DNA from: Oscillospiraceae bacterium | GTDB lineage: Bacteria; Bacillota; Clostridia; Oscillospirales; Acutalibacteraceae | Length of the DNA: 64,000 nt | Assembly (NCBI GenBank): GCA_015065845.1 | Contig: SVPQ01000007.1 | Location: forward strand, 3,805-67,804 | Direction of reading: 5' to 3' | Shown: piece by piece, positions 15,974 through 24,377 of the stretch | Position numbering within the stretch: position 1 is the stretch's first letter | How the letters are laid out: the number at the start of each line of letters is the position of its first letter | Program-made: the position numbers and the translations under genes | The notes under the pieces: model-generated | Told to the model about the DNA's origin: nothing | The model's input: the letters and a program-made list of their open reading frames with translations, nothing else | Database searches by the model: none

Positions 15974-18913
15974 TTAATAAATTCCCTCCGCTTCTTCAAG
16001 TTCACGGTAATAAGCTTCTGCTGAAGAATAAAACCTGTCAAGAATGTTATCGTAATAGATTTCTGTTCCATGTAACCTATAGGTAACGTCTGACTTTTCA
16101 TTGATTTTACAACCATATCTTATCATTTCTTCCATAAGGTCATAAGTGTCAATAGAACCGTGTGTTTTAATAATCCACATTTCAAATGCTTTTATAGTAA
16201 CGGTTGTTTTTCCTTTATAGAGAACAATATTATTAAAAATCTGTTCAGAAGAATAACGCTCATCCCCCACAAGTATGTTTGCATAGAACCAGTCAGAGAA
16301 ACCGAGGTCAAAAAGTTCGTGCTCAAAGCCTGCTGATTTAATGGTTTTTATACTGAAAAATGTATTGTCTTCAACAAAATCGAAAACACTGTCGCAGAAA
16401 TTTTCAATGAGTTCATCTGTAATTCCGCCTGCCTCTAACTTTCTTTTACTTATCAGGTGGTCAGGGTCAAATTCAAAGACGATTTTATTGCTTTTGAGAT
16501 GCGTCAGCGTTCCTGAAAAAGCCTGTACATAAGCGAATTTTTTCCTGAGAGGCTTAATATCAAGAATATCGGACTTAGTTAAAAGATTTTTGAAATATGC
16601 GTCAAGTGAGGCGTGATTCTGGTAAGCGTATTTTGAAAGCACCGAAAAGCCTATATTTTTAAGATTGAACGGATTGATTTCAGATAAATCGGCACCAGGA
16701 AATAAATCCTTATATATTTTTTTGATTTCATCAATATAATAGAAATCCTTTGTAAGTTTTTCGCTGAGCAAGGTTTTCGCGTCATCACTCATAACTTTGT
16801 AGTCAACTCTGTAAGAACCCTGGTAATAATATTTGCTGAAATTCTTCCAGATTATTGCACCTGATTCAAATCCATATTCCTTGCGCACAAGGTCAAGTAA
16901 CTCTTCCTGTGTAAGTGGTGCATTGTTCATAATAAGCTCAGTAACAGCTTCATTTCTGTCAAATTCACCAAAGCAAAGTATTGGTGTTCTGCCACAACGG
17001 AAGTTATTGTAACTATTTTCAGGAACAATCTTTCTTAACAGATTATGTAACTCATACTGGTCTCTTATATCATACTTTTGCATAAGCTCAGGGTAATCAT
17101 CCATAAATTTAAGAGTTGATATTTCAATGTTTTCATAAGACTCAAAATTGAGTGTGTCAAATAATTCAGAATAATCTCTCGCATCAATGTCGTAATATCT
17201 TATTAATTCATTTTGTTTCCACAAAGCAATACGCGACTCTCCAAGATGATTTTTTCTTGTTTTTAAAACACCTTCAGTGTAGTAAAGTTTTTCATCATAA
17301 GGTATGTTTTCTGATTTGAGGAATAAGTTGAATTTTTCTGCAAAATCAGTGAATGAAATATCGTCCTGACAGAATTTACTTAAAAAATAGTTTTCAAGCT
17401 CAAAACGCTTTTTCTCAATCCACATACCATCAAGCAGGATTTTATTGCGGTTAAGGTAGTTTTTTACCTTGAGCTTTAAACCTATGTCAAGTTTGTTATC
17501 TTCAAGTGCAGAACGAAGGTCGTTTTTGCCTTGCTTTATATTACGCATATCCATATAGTTGAAAACAGCAGCATCAATACCGAACCATTTTTCTGCATCG
17601 CTTTTGTCAAAAGCGTATGTGCTGAAAAAGATTTCGTAGTAATCTTCATCAAAGCAAGCGACACCAGTTTCCTCTTTGCACTGGATACAAAGCTTGTTAA
17701 AATCTCTTTTTTCAATCTGTCGGATTCTTTCTCTTGTTACGTTGAATTCAGTGCCGATTGATTCGAGTGTGGCGCCATCAAGACGCTTTTCAATAAGCGC
17801 TTTGCTTCGTTCATCTATAGCGCATGATTTTTTTAGATAATTTTTAAATTTAGGGTATTTGCGATAACAACGATAATCAACATATTCAAGTTTTTTATCT
17901 GCTATCATTCTGCCTATTACACTTTTCAGACGACTTTCATCAACGTCAATTGGTAAATGCAGATTGTCGGTAAAATCTTTGAAGCTGAAGCCACGGAATT
18001 TATTATTTGCATACAACTCAAGAATGCTTTTACTGATTTCTTCTTCGGTAATAATAGCAGAAGAATCACCATCACAGAAAGCAAGAATTCTGGCTCTATG
18101 CTGCTCAAGATATTCTTTTCGCTTTTCGAGAATATTATCAACCGAGCCTTTTCCCATTGCAGGCATTCTGTAAAATTCTGCTTCAGATATAAAAATAATT
18201 TCGCTAAGATAAGAATAGCCAGCTTTACGAAGTTGATTTTTTGGTCGGTTTTCAATATTCCAGTCACCAATGAAAATATCGTTTGTGATTACATAAGAAC
18301 GTATTTTTTCTCTGTTGGCAGGTGAGTGGAGAATATCAAAAACAGTGTTTGTGGGATTTAAAGATTTTTTTATTGATTCATTGAATGCTGTAATGATATT
18401 GTCTTTTTGTGTTTCAACGTAAACAGTACAGCTTGTGGTTATTTCAGTAGCGGTGGAAATATCCATCATTTTAATGCTCATTAAATCATTTTTGTCTTCA
18501 AAAAGAATATCTTTAATAAATTTCTTACCAGCAAACATAAGAAGATTGTAAGCTTTTGAAGAAATATCAGAAAGGACGTTCAGTTCTGTGTTTGCTGCAT
18601 TGAAAAATTCTTTTATAAATTCTTTGCCACAGTCGGTTTTAGCCCATTCATAAAAATTGTCATCATTAAGCTCTGGCACGTAGCATTCTGCATCTTCATT
18701 GACGGTTGATTCAAAGTTGGCATTAGCATAAATATTAATTGTTTCAGCAACTTCGTTAACAGATTTTTCTCCCATATTAGGAAGATTCTGGAGTTCGCCT
18801 TTTTTGTAAAAAGCTACCATTTCACCGAATGTGGAAATACCGGCTCTGTGCAGACAATTCCTTGTGCGCACTGATAAATTTAATTCATCTATAGATAAAA
18901 CATTGATATCCAT
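15974..18913 (-). CDS. Large (979 aa) multi-HTH protein: three RpoA alpha-CTD-like HhH modules, a sigma-70 region-4-like HTH and a long uncharacterised C-terminal region
   Basis: DELNLSVRTRNCLHRAGISTFGEM...GEKSVNEV (residues about 5-62), with similar modules near residues 110-160 and 215-268. ATLESIGTEFNVTRERIRQIEKR lies at 17696-17818. I recognise no catalytic motif. Confidence 0.7.
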   Translation of the reverse strand: MDINVLSIDELNLSVRTRNCLHRAGISTFGEMVAFYKKGELQNLPNMGEKSVNEVAETINIYANANFESTVNEDAECYVPELNDDNFYEWAKTDCGKEFIKEFFNAANTELNVLSDISSKAYNLLMFAGKKFIKDILFEDKNDLMSIKMMDISTATEITTSCTVYVETQKDNIITAFNESIKKSLNPTNTVFDILHSPANREKIRSYVITNDIFIGDWNIENRPKNQLRKAGYSYLSEIIFISEAEFYRMPAMGKGSVDNILEKRKEYLEQHRARILAFCDGDSSAIITEEEISKSILELYANNKFRGFSFKDFTDNLHLPIDVDESRLKSVIGRMIADKKLEYVDYRCYRKYPKFKNYLKKSCAIDERSKALIEKRLDGATLESIGTEFNVTRERIRQIEKRDFNKLCIQCKEETGVACFDEDYYEIFFSTYAFDKSDAEKWFGIDAAVFNYMDMRNIKQGKNDLRSALEDNKLDIGLKLKVKNYLNRNKILLDGMWIEKKRFELENYFLSKFCQDDISFTDFAEKFNLFLKSENIPYDEKLYYTEGVLKTRKNHLGESRIALWKQNELIRYYDIDARDYSELFDTLNFESYENIEISTLKFMDDYPELMQKYDIRDQYELHNLLRKIVPENSYNNFRCGRTPILCFGEFDRNEAVTELIMNNAPLTQEELLDLVRKEYGFESGAIIWKNFSKYYYQGSYRVDYKVMSDDAKTLLSEKLTKDFYYIDEIKKIYKDLFPGADLSEINPFNLKNIGFSVLSKYAYQNHASLDAYFKNLLTKSDILDIKPLRKKFAYVQAFSGTLTHLKSNKIVFEFDPDHLISKRKLEAGGITDELIENFCDSVFDFVEDNTFFSIKTIKSAGFEHELFDLGFSDWFYANILVGDERYSSEQIFNNIVLYKGKTTVTIKAFEMWIIKTHGSIDTYDLMEEMIRYGCKINEKSDVTYRLHGTEIYYDNILDRFYSSAEAYYRELEEAEGIY

Positions 18914-18924
18914 AATAAGTCATC

Positions 18925-20658
18925 CTATAAAAGTTTTTTGAGATTTTCTGCTGTCTCAATAAGATTACTGAGTTCTGCATTAAGAGTTGATTTTTCATCC
19001 GGGTCAAGTTTTACAAAAAGTCGGGAATCAATATCTAATAATAGTGAAATACAACTTGCAATATTTTCTACCGGTCTTGCTTTTAACTCCTGAGCTCTGA
19101 GACTCAAAAGAGCTTTTTCCATTGAAAATCTCATTCTTTCTGCAAGAGCAGAATTTTCTTCAGCAAAACTATCAAGGGCTTCTTTGGTTTTGTTGCCTAT
19201 GCTTGCATATTTTTTGCTTATTTCCTGTGCGATTACTGATTGCTCATCAAAGTAATTTTTATAATTACCACTTCGTACAAGAGCTTTTATATCACGCATA
19301 AATTTGCGTTGGTCAGGAACTGCACCGATAAGTGTGTTATTAAAAGCAATAACCTTCATTTGATTTTTTTCATTTTCATCGCTGAGCGAGTTGAATAAAG
19401 GCAGCATCTCTCTGAAAAGGTCATGTACCTGATATTTACGAGCAATATGATATTGCTCAGGTATAGAAAGATATTCAAGGAATTCATTGATTAAACCAGC
19501 AATTTCAATACGCTTCTTTACATTTGCTACTGACTCATTTGATGTTTCGGCATATTCTTCTATTGTAAGAAGGTTGGTTTTGACAATATCTCTGTAAGTA
19601 CCGATTGTATGGTCTATGGCATCATAATCAACCTTCTTTTCTTCGCCGTGCTGAATAGCAAGCTCAAGAAGTTTTATTGTTTTTTTGTCTGCAATTATAT
19701 CCATTTCCATAATTACAGTTTCAAAATAAAGAGGCTCGGTTGTTTCTCTGCTGTTTATTCGTAAGCAGGTGAATCGACGGTTACCATCTACAATACGACC
19801 ATCAGAAAGTGTAACACCAGGCTCACGCTGACCCACAAGAGAAATATTTTTTCTTGTTTTCTGAATTGAGTCAGGATTGCTTTCGGTAATAAAGTTTTCA
19901 ATAATTCTGTTATAAATTGCTGAATTAAGTTCTTTAAGTGAATCTTTACCGTTTTCAGATTCATAAGCAGAAATCCACGTAGCAATACGGTCATTCTGGT
20001 CGTTGTAGTAAAGCAACTCAAGATTAACTCTGTAAACAGGATAAATAACAGTTTTTCCGTTATATGTGATTTTTCTTGTTAAATCTGTTTTCTGAACAAG
20101 GTCGGTACCTACATAATTAAGGAGACTTTCTGCAGGCGCTTCATCACGGTTGGAATCAGAAGCGGGTTGAGCAAGTCCTGTAAAGGTCTTTGTTACAGGG
20201 TTGAGTGATATGTCAGATGCTCTTGAACGTGCTTCTTTATATATTTCATTGATTTCTTCGGCAGCTTCTTCGTCACATTCCTTGCAGAGTAAATACATAG
20301 TGTTCAGCGCACGCTCTGCGAGGGGTTGGTCAAGGTCGCTCTGACCTATATGTGCAACCATATTTCTGATACCCATAAGCTCTTTTGCCCAACTGCGACA
20401 ATTTTGTGAAAGGTGATTTCTGAAAACGTTTGTCCATTGTCGGTCGATAATTCTTATGCAATTAGCAATATCAAGAGAATCAATTAATTCATTGTATTCG
20501 CCATAATATGGTAAATCTCTTTGGTCATCCAGAACACCGAGAACCTGCTCCCACCAGTTGTTTTTATATTCGAGGCACATTTTTTGCCCTATAAATCCTG
20601 ATAACGAAGATAAGAGTATTCTGAATCCTTTTTGAACGAGTTCATAGTTTTCGGTCAT
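18925..20658 (-). CDS. Swt1-like HEPN domain fused to a ParB/Srx-fold (DGxxR) domain and a helical C-terminal region
   Basis: GIRNMVAH Rx4H motif (20350-20367). LYYNDQNDRI ... GRIVDGNRRFTCLR (DGNRR at 19774-19788) is ParB N-terminal-domain-like. I prefer the ATG at 20658; the ORF also extends to a TTG at 20679. Confidence 0.7.
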   Translation of the reverse strand: MTENYELVQKGFRILLSSLSGFIGQKMCLEYKNNWWEQVLGVLDDQRDLPYYGEYNELIDSLDIANCIRIIDRQWTNVFRNHLSQNCRSWAKELMGIRNMVAHIGQSDLDQPLAERALNTMYLLCKECDEEAAEEINEIYKEARSRASDISLNPVTKTFTGLAQPASDSNRDEAPAESLLNYVGTDLVQKTDLTRKITYNGKTVIYPVYRVNLELLYYNDQNDRIATWISAYESENGKDSLKELNSAIYNRIIENFITESNPDSIQKTRKNISLVGQREPGVTLSDGRIVDGNRRFTCLRINSRETTEPLYFETVIMEMDIIADKKTIKLLELAIQHGEEKKVDYDAIDHTIGTYRDIVKTNLLTIEEYAETSNESVANVKKRIEIAGLINEFLEYLSIPEQYHIARKYQVHDLFREMLPLFNSLSDENEKNQMKVIAFNNTLIGAVPDQRKFMRDIKALVRSGNYKNYFDEQSVIAQEISKKYASIGNKTKEALDSFAEENSALAERMRFSMEKALLSLRAQELKARPVENIASCISLLLDIDSRLFVKLDPDEKSTLNAELSNLIETAENLKKLL

Positions 20659-20754
20659 AATAAAACCTGCTTTCAACAATTAATATACAAATTATAATGT
20701 ATTTAAGTCGAAAAAACAAGATTTTGTTTGTAAAATATAGAATTTACGTAAAAC

Positions 20755-20789
20755 AAAAACTCTCAAATCCTGAGACTTGAGAGTTTTTT
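20755..20789. terminator. Hairpin homologous to the 15449-15481 terminator
   Basis: aaaaactctcaa-atcctgagac-ttgagagttttt. Aligns with the 15442-15481 sequence, with a compensatory extra base pair and loop substitutions. Confidence 0.6.
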
Positions 20790-20793
20790 AGTT

Positions 20794-20815
20794 TGGTACG
20801 GGTGACAGGACTCGA
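20794..20815 (-). pseudogene. 22-nt duplicate of the tRNA-Leu 3-prime end (att-like remnant)
   Basis: tggtacgggtgacaggactcga versus tggtgcgggtgacaggactcga at 20948-20969 (1 mismatch). No matching 5-prime acceptor strand or anticodon arm lies upstream. Confidence 0.7.
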
Positions 20816-20911
20816 CGGTGCTCGCTACGCTTTGCCGTCAACGGCAACGATTGTGTTCACCTTCGGTGAGGGCAGGTTCAAGTCCTTAGTTGATTATCTA
20901 ATCAAAATATA

Positions 20912-20947
20912 AATAAAAAACAACCTTAGTATATCTACCAAGGTTGT
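20912..20947 (-). terminator. Terminator hairpin immediately after tRNA-Leu
   Basis: caacctt-agtatatctacc-aaggttg, followed on the minus strand by a T-run. Confidence 0.7.
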
Positions 20948-21032
20948 TGGTGCGGGTGACAGGACTCGAACCTGCAAGGATCGCTCCAATGGGACCTAAA
21001 CCCATCGTGTTTGCCAGTTCCACCACACCCGC
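20948..21032 (-). tRNA. tRNA-Leu (anticodon TAG), type II with long variable arm, encoded CCA
   Basis: The reverse complement is GCGGGTG...ATGGG-TTTAGGT-CCCAT...GGTTCGAGTCC...CACCCGC-A-CCA. The cloverleaf folds by hand. Confidence 0.9.
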
Positions 21033-21036
21033 ATAT

Positions 21037-21099
21037 GAATGCAAAATGCAGAATGCATAATGCGGAATTGAGGGGCGAAGCCGATTGTAATTGCTTCGC
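21037..21099. repeat. AATGCARA octamer tandem repeat plus GC-rich hairpin (intergenic element, copy 1)
   Basis: gaatgcaaaatgcagaatgcataatgcggaat followed by tgaggggcgaagcc...gcttcgc. A related element lies at 50228-50276. Confidence 0.7.
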
Positions 21100-21130
21100 T
21101 TTGACCGGGATTTTTGAATGAATTTAAGTT

Positions 21131-21167
21131 TGATTGAAACAGAATTTTTGAAATTCTGTTTCAATCA
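21131..21167 (-). terminator. Hairpin downstream of the glutamine synthetase gene
   Basis: tgattgaaacagaattt-ttg-aaattctgtttcaatca is a perfect 17-bp stem. The T-run is weak on the minus strand. Confidence 0.5.
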
Positions 21168-21177
21168 TTTCTTTTAT

Positions 21178-23271
21178 TTATCTTACACTATAGAGTATTT
21201 CGGTGTAGCTCGGATATGGCCAGTCTTCACGGGCAACTATTGTTTCTAACTCATCAACGATGCTTCTTAATGTATCCATAGCAGGAATCATTTTATCTCT
21301 GTAATAATCTGCTTCTGCCTGACTTGTTGAAAAATCGTCACTTTTTTCTGTTAATTGTTCAAGAGTTTTAAGTGCTCTGCCTAATTTCACAGATAATTTA
21401 GAAATTCTGAGTAAAAGTGATTTTTCAACTGAACAATCCATTTCTGCACCGATAGCAGTAAGTGCATTTATTTCGTTTGCAATTTTGCCTTTGAATTTTA
21501 TAACAGCAGGGAGAATGTCGCGTTTTGTCATTTCAAGCATTGTGAGAGCTTCAATTTTAAGTGTTTTCGAGTATGTATTGAGTTTAACATCTCGTCTTGA
21601 AATAAGTTCGCTTTCTGTGAACACTTTGTGCTGTGTGAAAAGCTTAACTGTTTTTTCATCGGCAACATAAGAAAGTGCGTCAGCAGTTGTATTAAGAGCA
21701 GGTAAACCGCGTTTTTTTGCTTCTTTGTGCCATTCTTCTGCGTAGTTGTTACCATTGAAAATAATTCTTTCGTGCTTTTTAATAGTTCTCTTGATAAGCT
21801 CAAGAACATCTGTGTCAAAGTCTTCTGAATTTTCAAGTTCGTCTGCAAACACTCTTAATGATTCTGCAATAGCAGTATTAAGAATTGTGTTTGTATCTGC
21901 AATTGAAGCAGAAGAACCGAGCATACGAAATTCAAATTTATTACCTGTGAAAGCAAAAGGAGAAGTACGGTTTCTGTCTGTTGTATCCTGCGGTAATTTA
22001 GGAAGCACTCTTGCACCTATCTCAAGGTCAGATGGCTTTCTTTCTTTGTAAAGTTCGCCTTTTTCAAGTGCTTCAAAAATTGCGGTTAATTCGTCACCTA
22101 AAAAGATAGAAATAACTGCTGGTGGTGCTTCACCCGCACCAAGTCTTCTATCGTTACCTGCAGTAGCGACAGAAGCGCGTAAAAGTTCCTGGTAATCATC
22201 AACTGCTTTAATAACTGCAGTAATGAAAAGTAAAAATCTTGTATTCTGTGATGGTGAATCGCCAGGGTTTAAAAGATTTATTTTATTATCTTCACAAATA
22301 GCCCAGTTGTTGTGCTTACCGCTACCGTTAATGCCTTCAAATGGTTTTTCATGAAGAATACAAACCATATCGTGTCTGTCGGCAACAGTTTTCATCATTT
22401 CCATAATAAGTTGGTTGTGGTCTGTCGCAACGTTAGCAGATGTGAAAATCGGTGCTAATTCGTGTTGAGCAGGAGCGGTTTCGTTGTGCTTTGTTTTTGA
22501 AAGAATGCCTAACTTCCAGAGTTCTTCATCAAGTTCTTTCATATAAGCAGAAACGCGAGGTTTGATTTTACCAAAATAGTGGTCGTCAAGTTCCTGACCT
22601 TTAGCAGAGCGGCAACCGAAAAGTGTGCGGTTGCAGAGTTTTAAGTCAGGGCGTTTGTTATAAACTTCTTTATCAATAAGGAAATATTCCTGTTCAGCGC
22701 CAACAGTTGTTGTAACTCTTGTAACATTATTTTCACCAAAGAGTCTTAATACTCTTAAAGCCTGTTTGTCGACTGCTTCCATTGAACGAAGAAGAGGTGT
22801 TTTCTTGTCAAGAGATTCGCCACCATAAGAACAGAAAGCAGTAGGAATACACAATGTATCATCTTTAATGAATGCAAAAGAAGTAGGGTCCCATGCAGTG
22901 TAACCTCTTGCCTCAAAAGTAGAACGAAGTCCACCGTTAGGAAGAGAAGAAGCATCAGGTTCACCACGGACAAGAGTTTTACCTGAAAATTCAAGCATAA
23001 CCTTACCACCTGAAACAGGGGTAATAAAACTGTCGTGCTTTTCAGCAGTAACATCTGTCATGGGTTGGAACCAGTGTGTAAAATGAGTCGCACCTTTTTC
23101 AATCGCCCAGTCCTTCATAGCATTCGCTATAACATTGGCAGTATCAATATCGAGAGTTTTACCGTCTTTAATAGTCTTTATAAGTGAACGGTAAGTATCT
23201 TTTGGTAAACGGCTTTGCATAACAGTTTCATTAAAAACCTGACAGCCGAATATTTCTTGAATATTTGTCAT
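21178..23271 (-). CDS. glnN: Glutamine synthetase, type III
   Basis: About 700 aa. The N-terminus MTNIQEIFGCQVFNETVMQSRLPKDTYRSL is typical of GSIII. GGAG RBS sits before the ATG at 23271; the longer ORF to 23337 lacks an RBS. Confidence 0.85.
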   Translation of the reverse strand: MTNIQEIFGCQVFNETVMQSRLPKDTYRSLIKTIKDGKTLDIDTANVIANAMKDWAIEKGATHFTHWFQPMTDVTAEKHDSFITPVSGGKVMLEFSGKTLVRGEPDASSLPNGGLRSTFEARGYTAWDPTSFAFIKDDTLCIPTAFCSYGGESLDKKTPLLRSMEAVDKQALRVLRLFGENNVTRVTTTVGAEQEYFLIDKEVYNKRPDLKLCNRTLFGCRSAKGQELDDHYFGKIKPRVSAYMKELDEELWKLGILSKTKHNETAPAQHELAPIFTSANVATDHNQLIMEMMKTVADRHDMVCILHEKPFEGINGSGKHNNWAICEDNKINLLNPGDSPSQNTRFLLFITAVIKAVDDYQELLRASVATAGNDRRLGAGEAPPAVISIFLGDELTAIFEALEKGELYKERKPSDLEIGARVLPKLPQDTTDRNRTSPFAFTGNKFEFRMLGSSASIADTNTILNTAIAESLRVFADELENSEDFDTDVLELIKRTIKKHERIIFNGNNYAEEWHKEAKKRGLPALNTTADALSYVADEKTVKLFTQHKVFTESELISRRDVKLNTYSKTLKIEALTMLEMTKRDILPAVIKFKGKIANEINALTAIGAEMDCSVEKSLLLRISKLSVKLGRALKTLEQLTEKSDDFSTSQAEADYYRDKMIPAMDTLRSIVDELETIVAREDWPYPSYTEILYSVR

Positions 23272-23337
23272 TCCACACACTCCGTATTTTGAAATAATTA
23301 TACAATTAAATATATCATTTTTTGTGTAAATTGTCAA

Positions 23338-24060
23338 TCACCAATTATCAATATGACTGCGTTTTATTGCACCAATAATTTTTTGTGGCACATCTTCATA
23401 TTGTTTGTTCAGTTCTTTTATAAGATTTTTAACATCTTCTCGTCTTGTGTTTTCATCAGCAGGGCATTTGCTTTTAACTACAGGTAAATTAAGTCTTTTA
23501 ATAGCCGACTCAACATCATTTTCTGTTAAGTGAATAAGCGGTCTTATCATTGTAATATTTTTTCTCGAAAGATATGTAACAGGCTGAAAGCAACCGATTC
23601 GTGCTTCACTTAAAAGGTTCATTAAAAATGTTTCTGCGGCATCGTCAAGGTGATGACCTAAAGCAATTTTGTTACAATCCAATTCTTTTGCGGTGTCGTG
23701 CAAAATTCCACGGCGCATTCTTGCACATAGGCTACACGGGTTACTTTCTTTTCGTACATTGAAAATTATATCAAAAAGTTCAGTTCGTCTTATTTCGTAG
23801 TGAACATTATATTCGTCACAAATTTTCTGAATTTCAGAAAAATCACCGTCAACATTATTAAAACGCATATCAAGAGTTATAGCGACAATTTCAAAGTCTT
23901 TAGGGTAAAATGCTTTTAGACCGCAAAGCGCTTTTAAAAGCAAAACAGAATCTTTACCGCCTGAAACACCAACTGCGATTTTGTCACCATCTTCAATCAT
24001 ATTATAAGTGTCAACCGCATTTCTGACACAACCAAGAATTCTTTGCACGAAGTTCACCAC
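23338..24060 (-). CDS. ttcA: PP-loop ATPase, TtcA-like tRNA 2-thiocytidine synthetase family
   Basis: SGGKDS PP-loop and the NPCSLCARMRRG CxxC motif. GTG start. Confidence 0.8.
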   Translation of the reverse strand: MVNFVQRILGCVRNAVDTYNMIEDGDKIAVGVSGGKDSVLLLKALCGLKAFYPKDFEIVAITLDMRFNNVDGDFSEIQKICDEYNVHYEIRRTELFDIIFNVRKESNPCSLCARMRRGILHDTAKELDCNKIALGHHLDDAAETFLMNLLSEARIGCFQPVTYLSRKNITMIRPLIHLTENDVESAIKRLNLPVVKSKCPADENTRREDVKNLIKELNKQYEDVPQKIIGAIKRSHIDNW

Positions 24061-24112
24061 GCTTTAATTTTATTACTGTTATATTTTAGGGATTAGAAAG
24101 GGGTTTGTCAAG

Positions 24113-24165
24113 AGTTAGGTGTTAGGTTTTGGGTGTTGGGGATTTTAGGTGTTAGGGGTTAGATA
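24113..24165. repeat. GGTGTTAGG-like short tandem repeats upstream of a promoter
   Basis: agttaggtgttaggttttgggtgttggggattttaggtgttaggggttagatattag. Confidence 0.7.
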
Positions 24166-24179
24166 TTAGAAAAGATATG

Positions 24180-24208
24180 TTGACAAGAAAGAAATATATT
24201 GTTACAAT
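24180..24208 (+). promoter_or_regulatory. Sigma-A-type promoter (TTGACA-17-TACAAT)
   Basis: ttgaca at 24180-24185, 17-nt spacer, tacaat at 24203-24208. Lies about 170 nt upstream of the GNAT start codon. Confidence 0.55.
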
Positions 24209-24240
24209 AATGGAAGATTATTGAAAGGTAGGTGGATGAA

Positions 24241-24297
24241 ATGACAATGAATACTATGTTACGAAACAGAGATGCCATTTTGTCCATTTGCGATTGA
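24241..24297 (+). CDS. Candidate 18-codon leader peptide (MTMNTMLRNRDAILSICD)
   Basis: AGGTGGA RBS 5 nt upstream. The ORF overlaps the sequence gagatgcc, which can pair with the 5-prime arm (ggcatctc) of the downstream terminator. Confidence 0.35.
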   Translation: MTMNTMLRNRDAILSICD

Positions 24298-24324
24298 TGT
24301 AATATATCTTTCTGTAAATATAAA

Positions 24325-24362
24325 AGGCATCTCCGTTTTCGGAGGTGCCTATATTTTTTTAC
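24325..24362 (+). terminator. Intrinsic terminator inside the 5-prime leader of the GNAT gene (attenuator)
   Basis: aggcatctccg-tttt-cggaggtgcct followed by tatattttttt. It sits 15 nt before the AGGAGG RBS. No upstream plus-strand gene exists for it to terminate. Confidence 0.65.
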
Positions 24363-24377
24363 AGGAGGAAAACTATT

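Noticed and set aside
17926-18325. ORFs on both strands nested in the 979-aa gene
   Set aside because: They lie entirely inside a long, uninterrupted ORF with recognisable HhH/HTH modules. They are AT-rich shadow frames.
1-20815. Calling the whole left part a defined mobile element (ICE, prophage or genomic island with boundaries)
   Set aside because: No integrase, transposase, relaxase or phage structural gene is visible. Only repeat footprints are present, so I report them as a finding and do not annotate a mobile_element feature.
20816-20911. Possible second tRNA or tmRNA-like gene between the tRNA-Leu fragment and tRNA-Leu (contains ggttcaagtcc)
   Set aside because: I could not fold a cloverleaf. 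There is no matching acceptor strand or anticodon arm. I treat it as unexplained non-coding sequence with two small hairpins.
20898-21164. 88-aa minus-strand ORF
   Set aside because: It runs straight through the tRNA-Leu gene and the AATGCARA repeat, so it is not coding.
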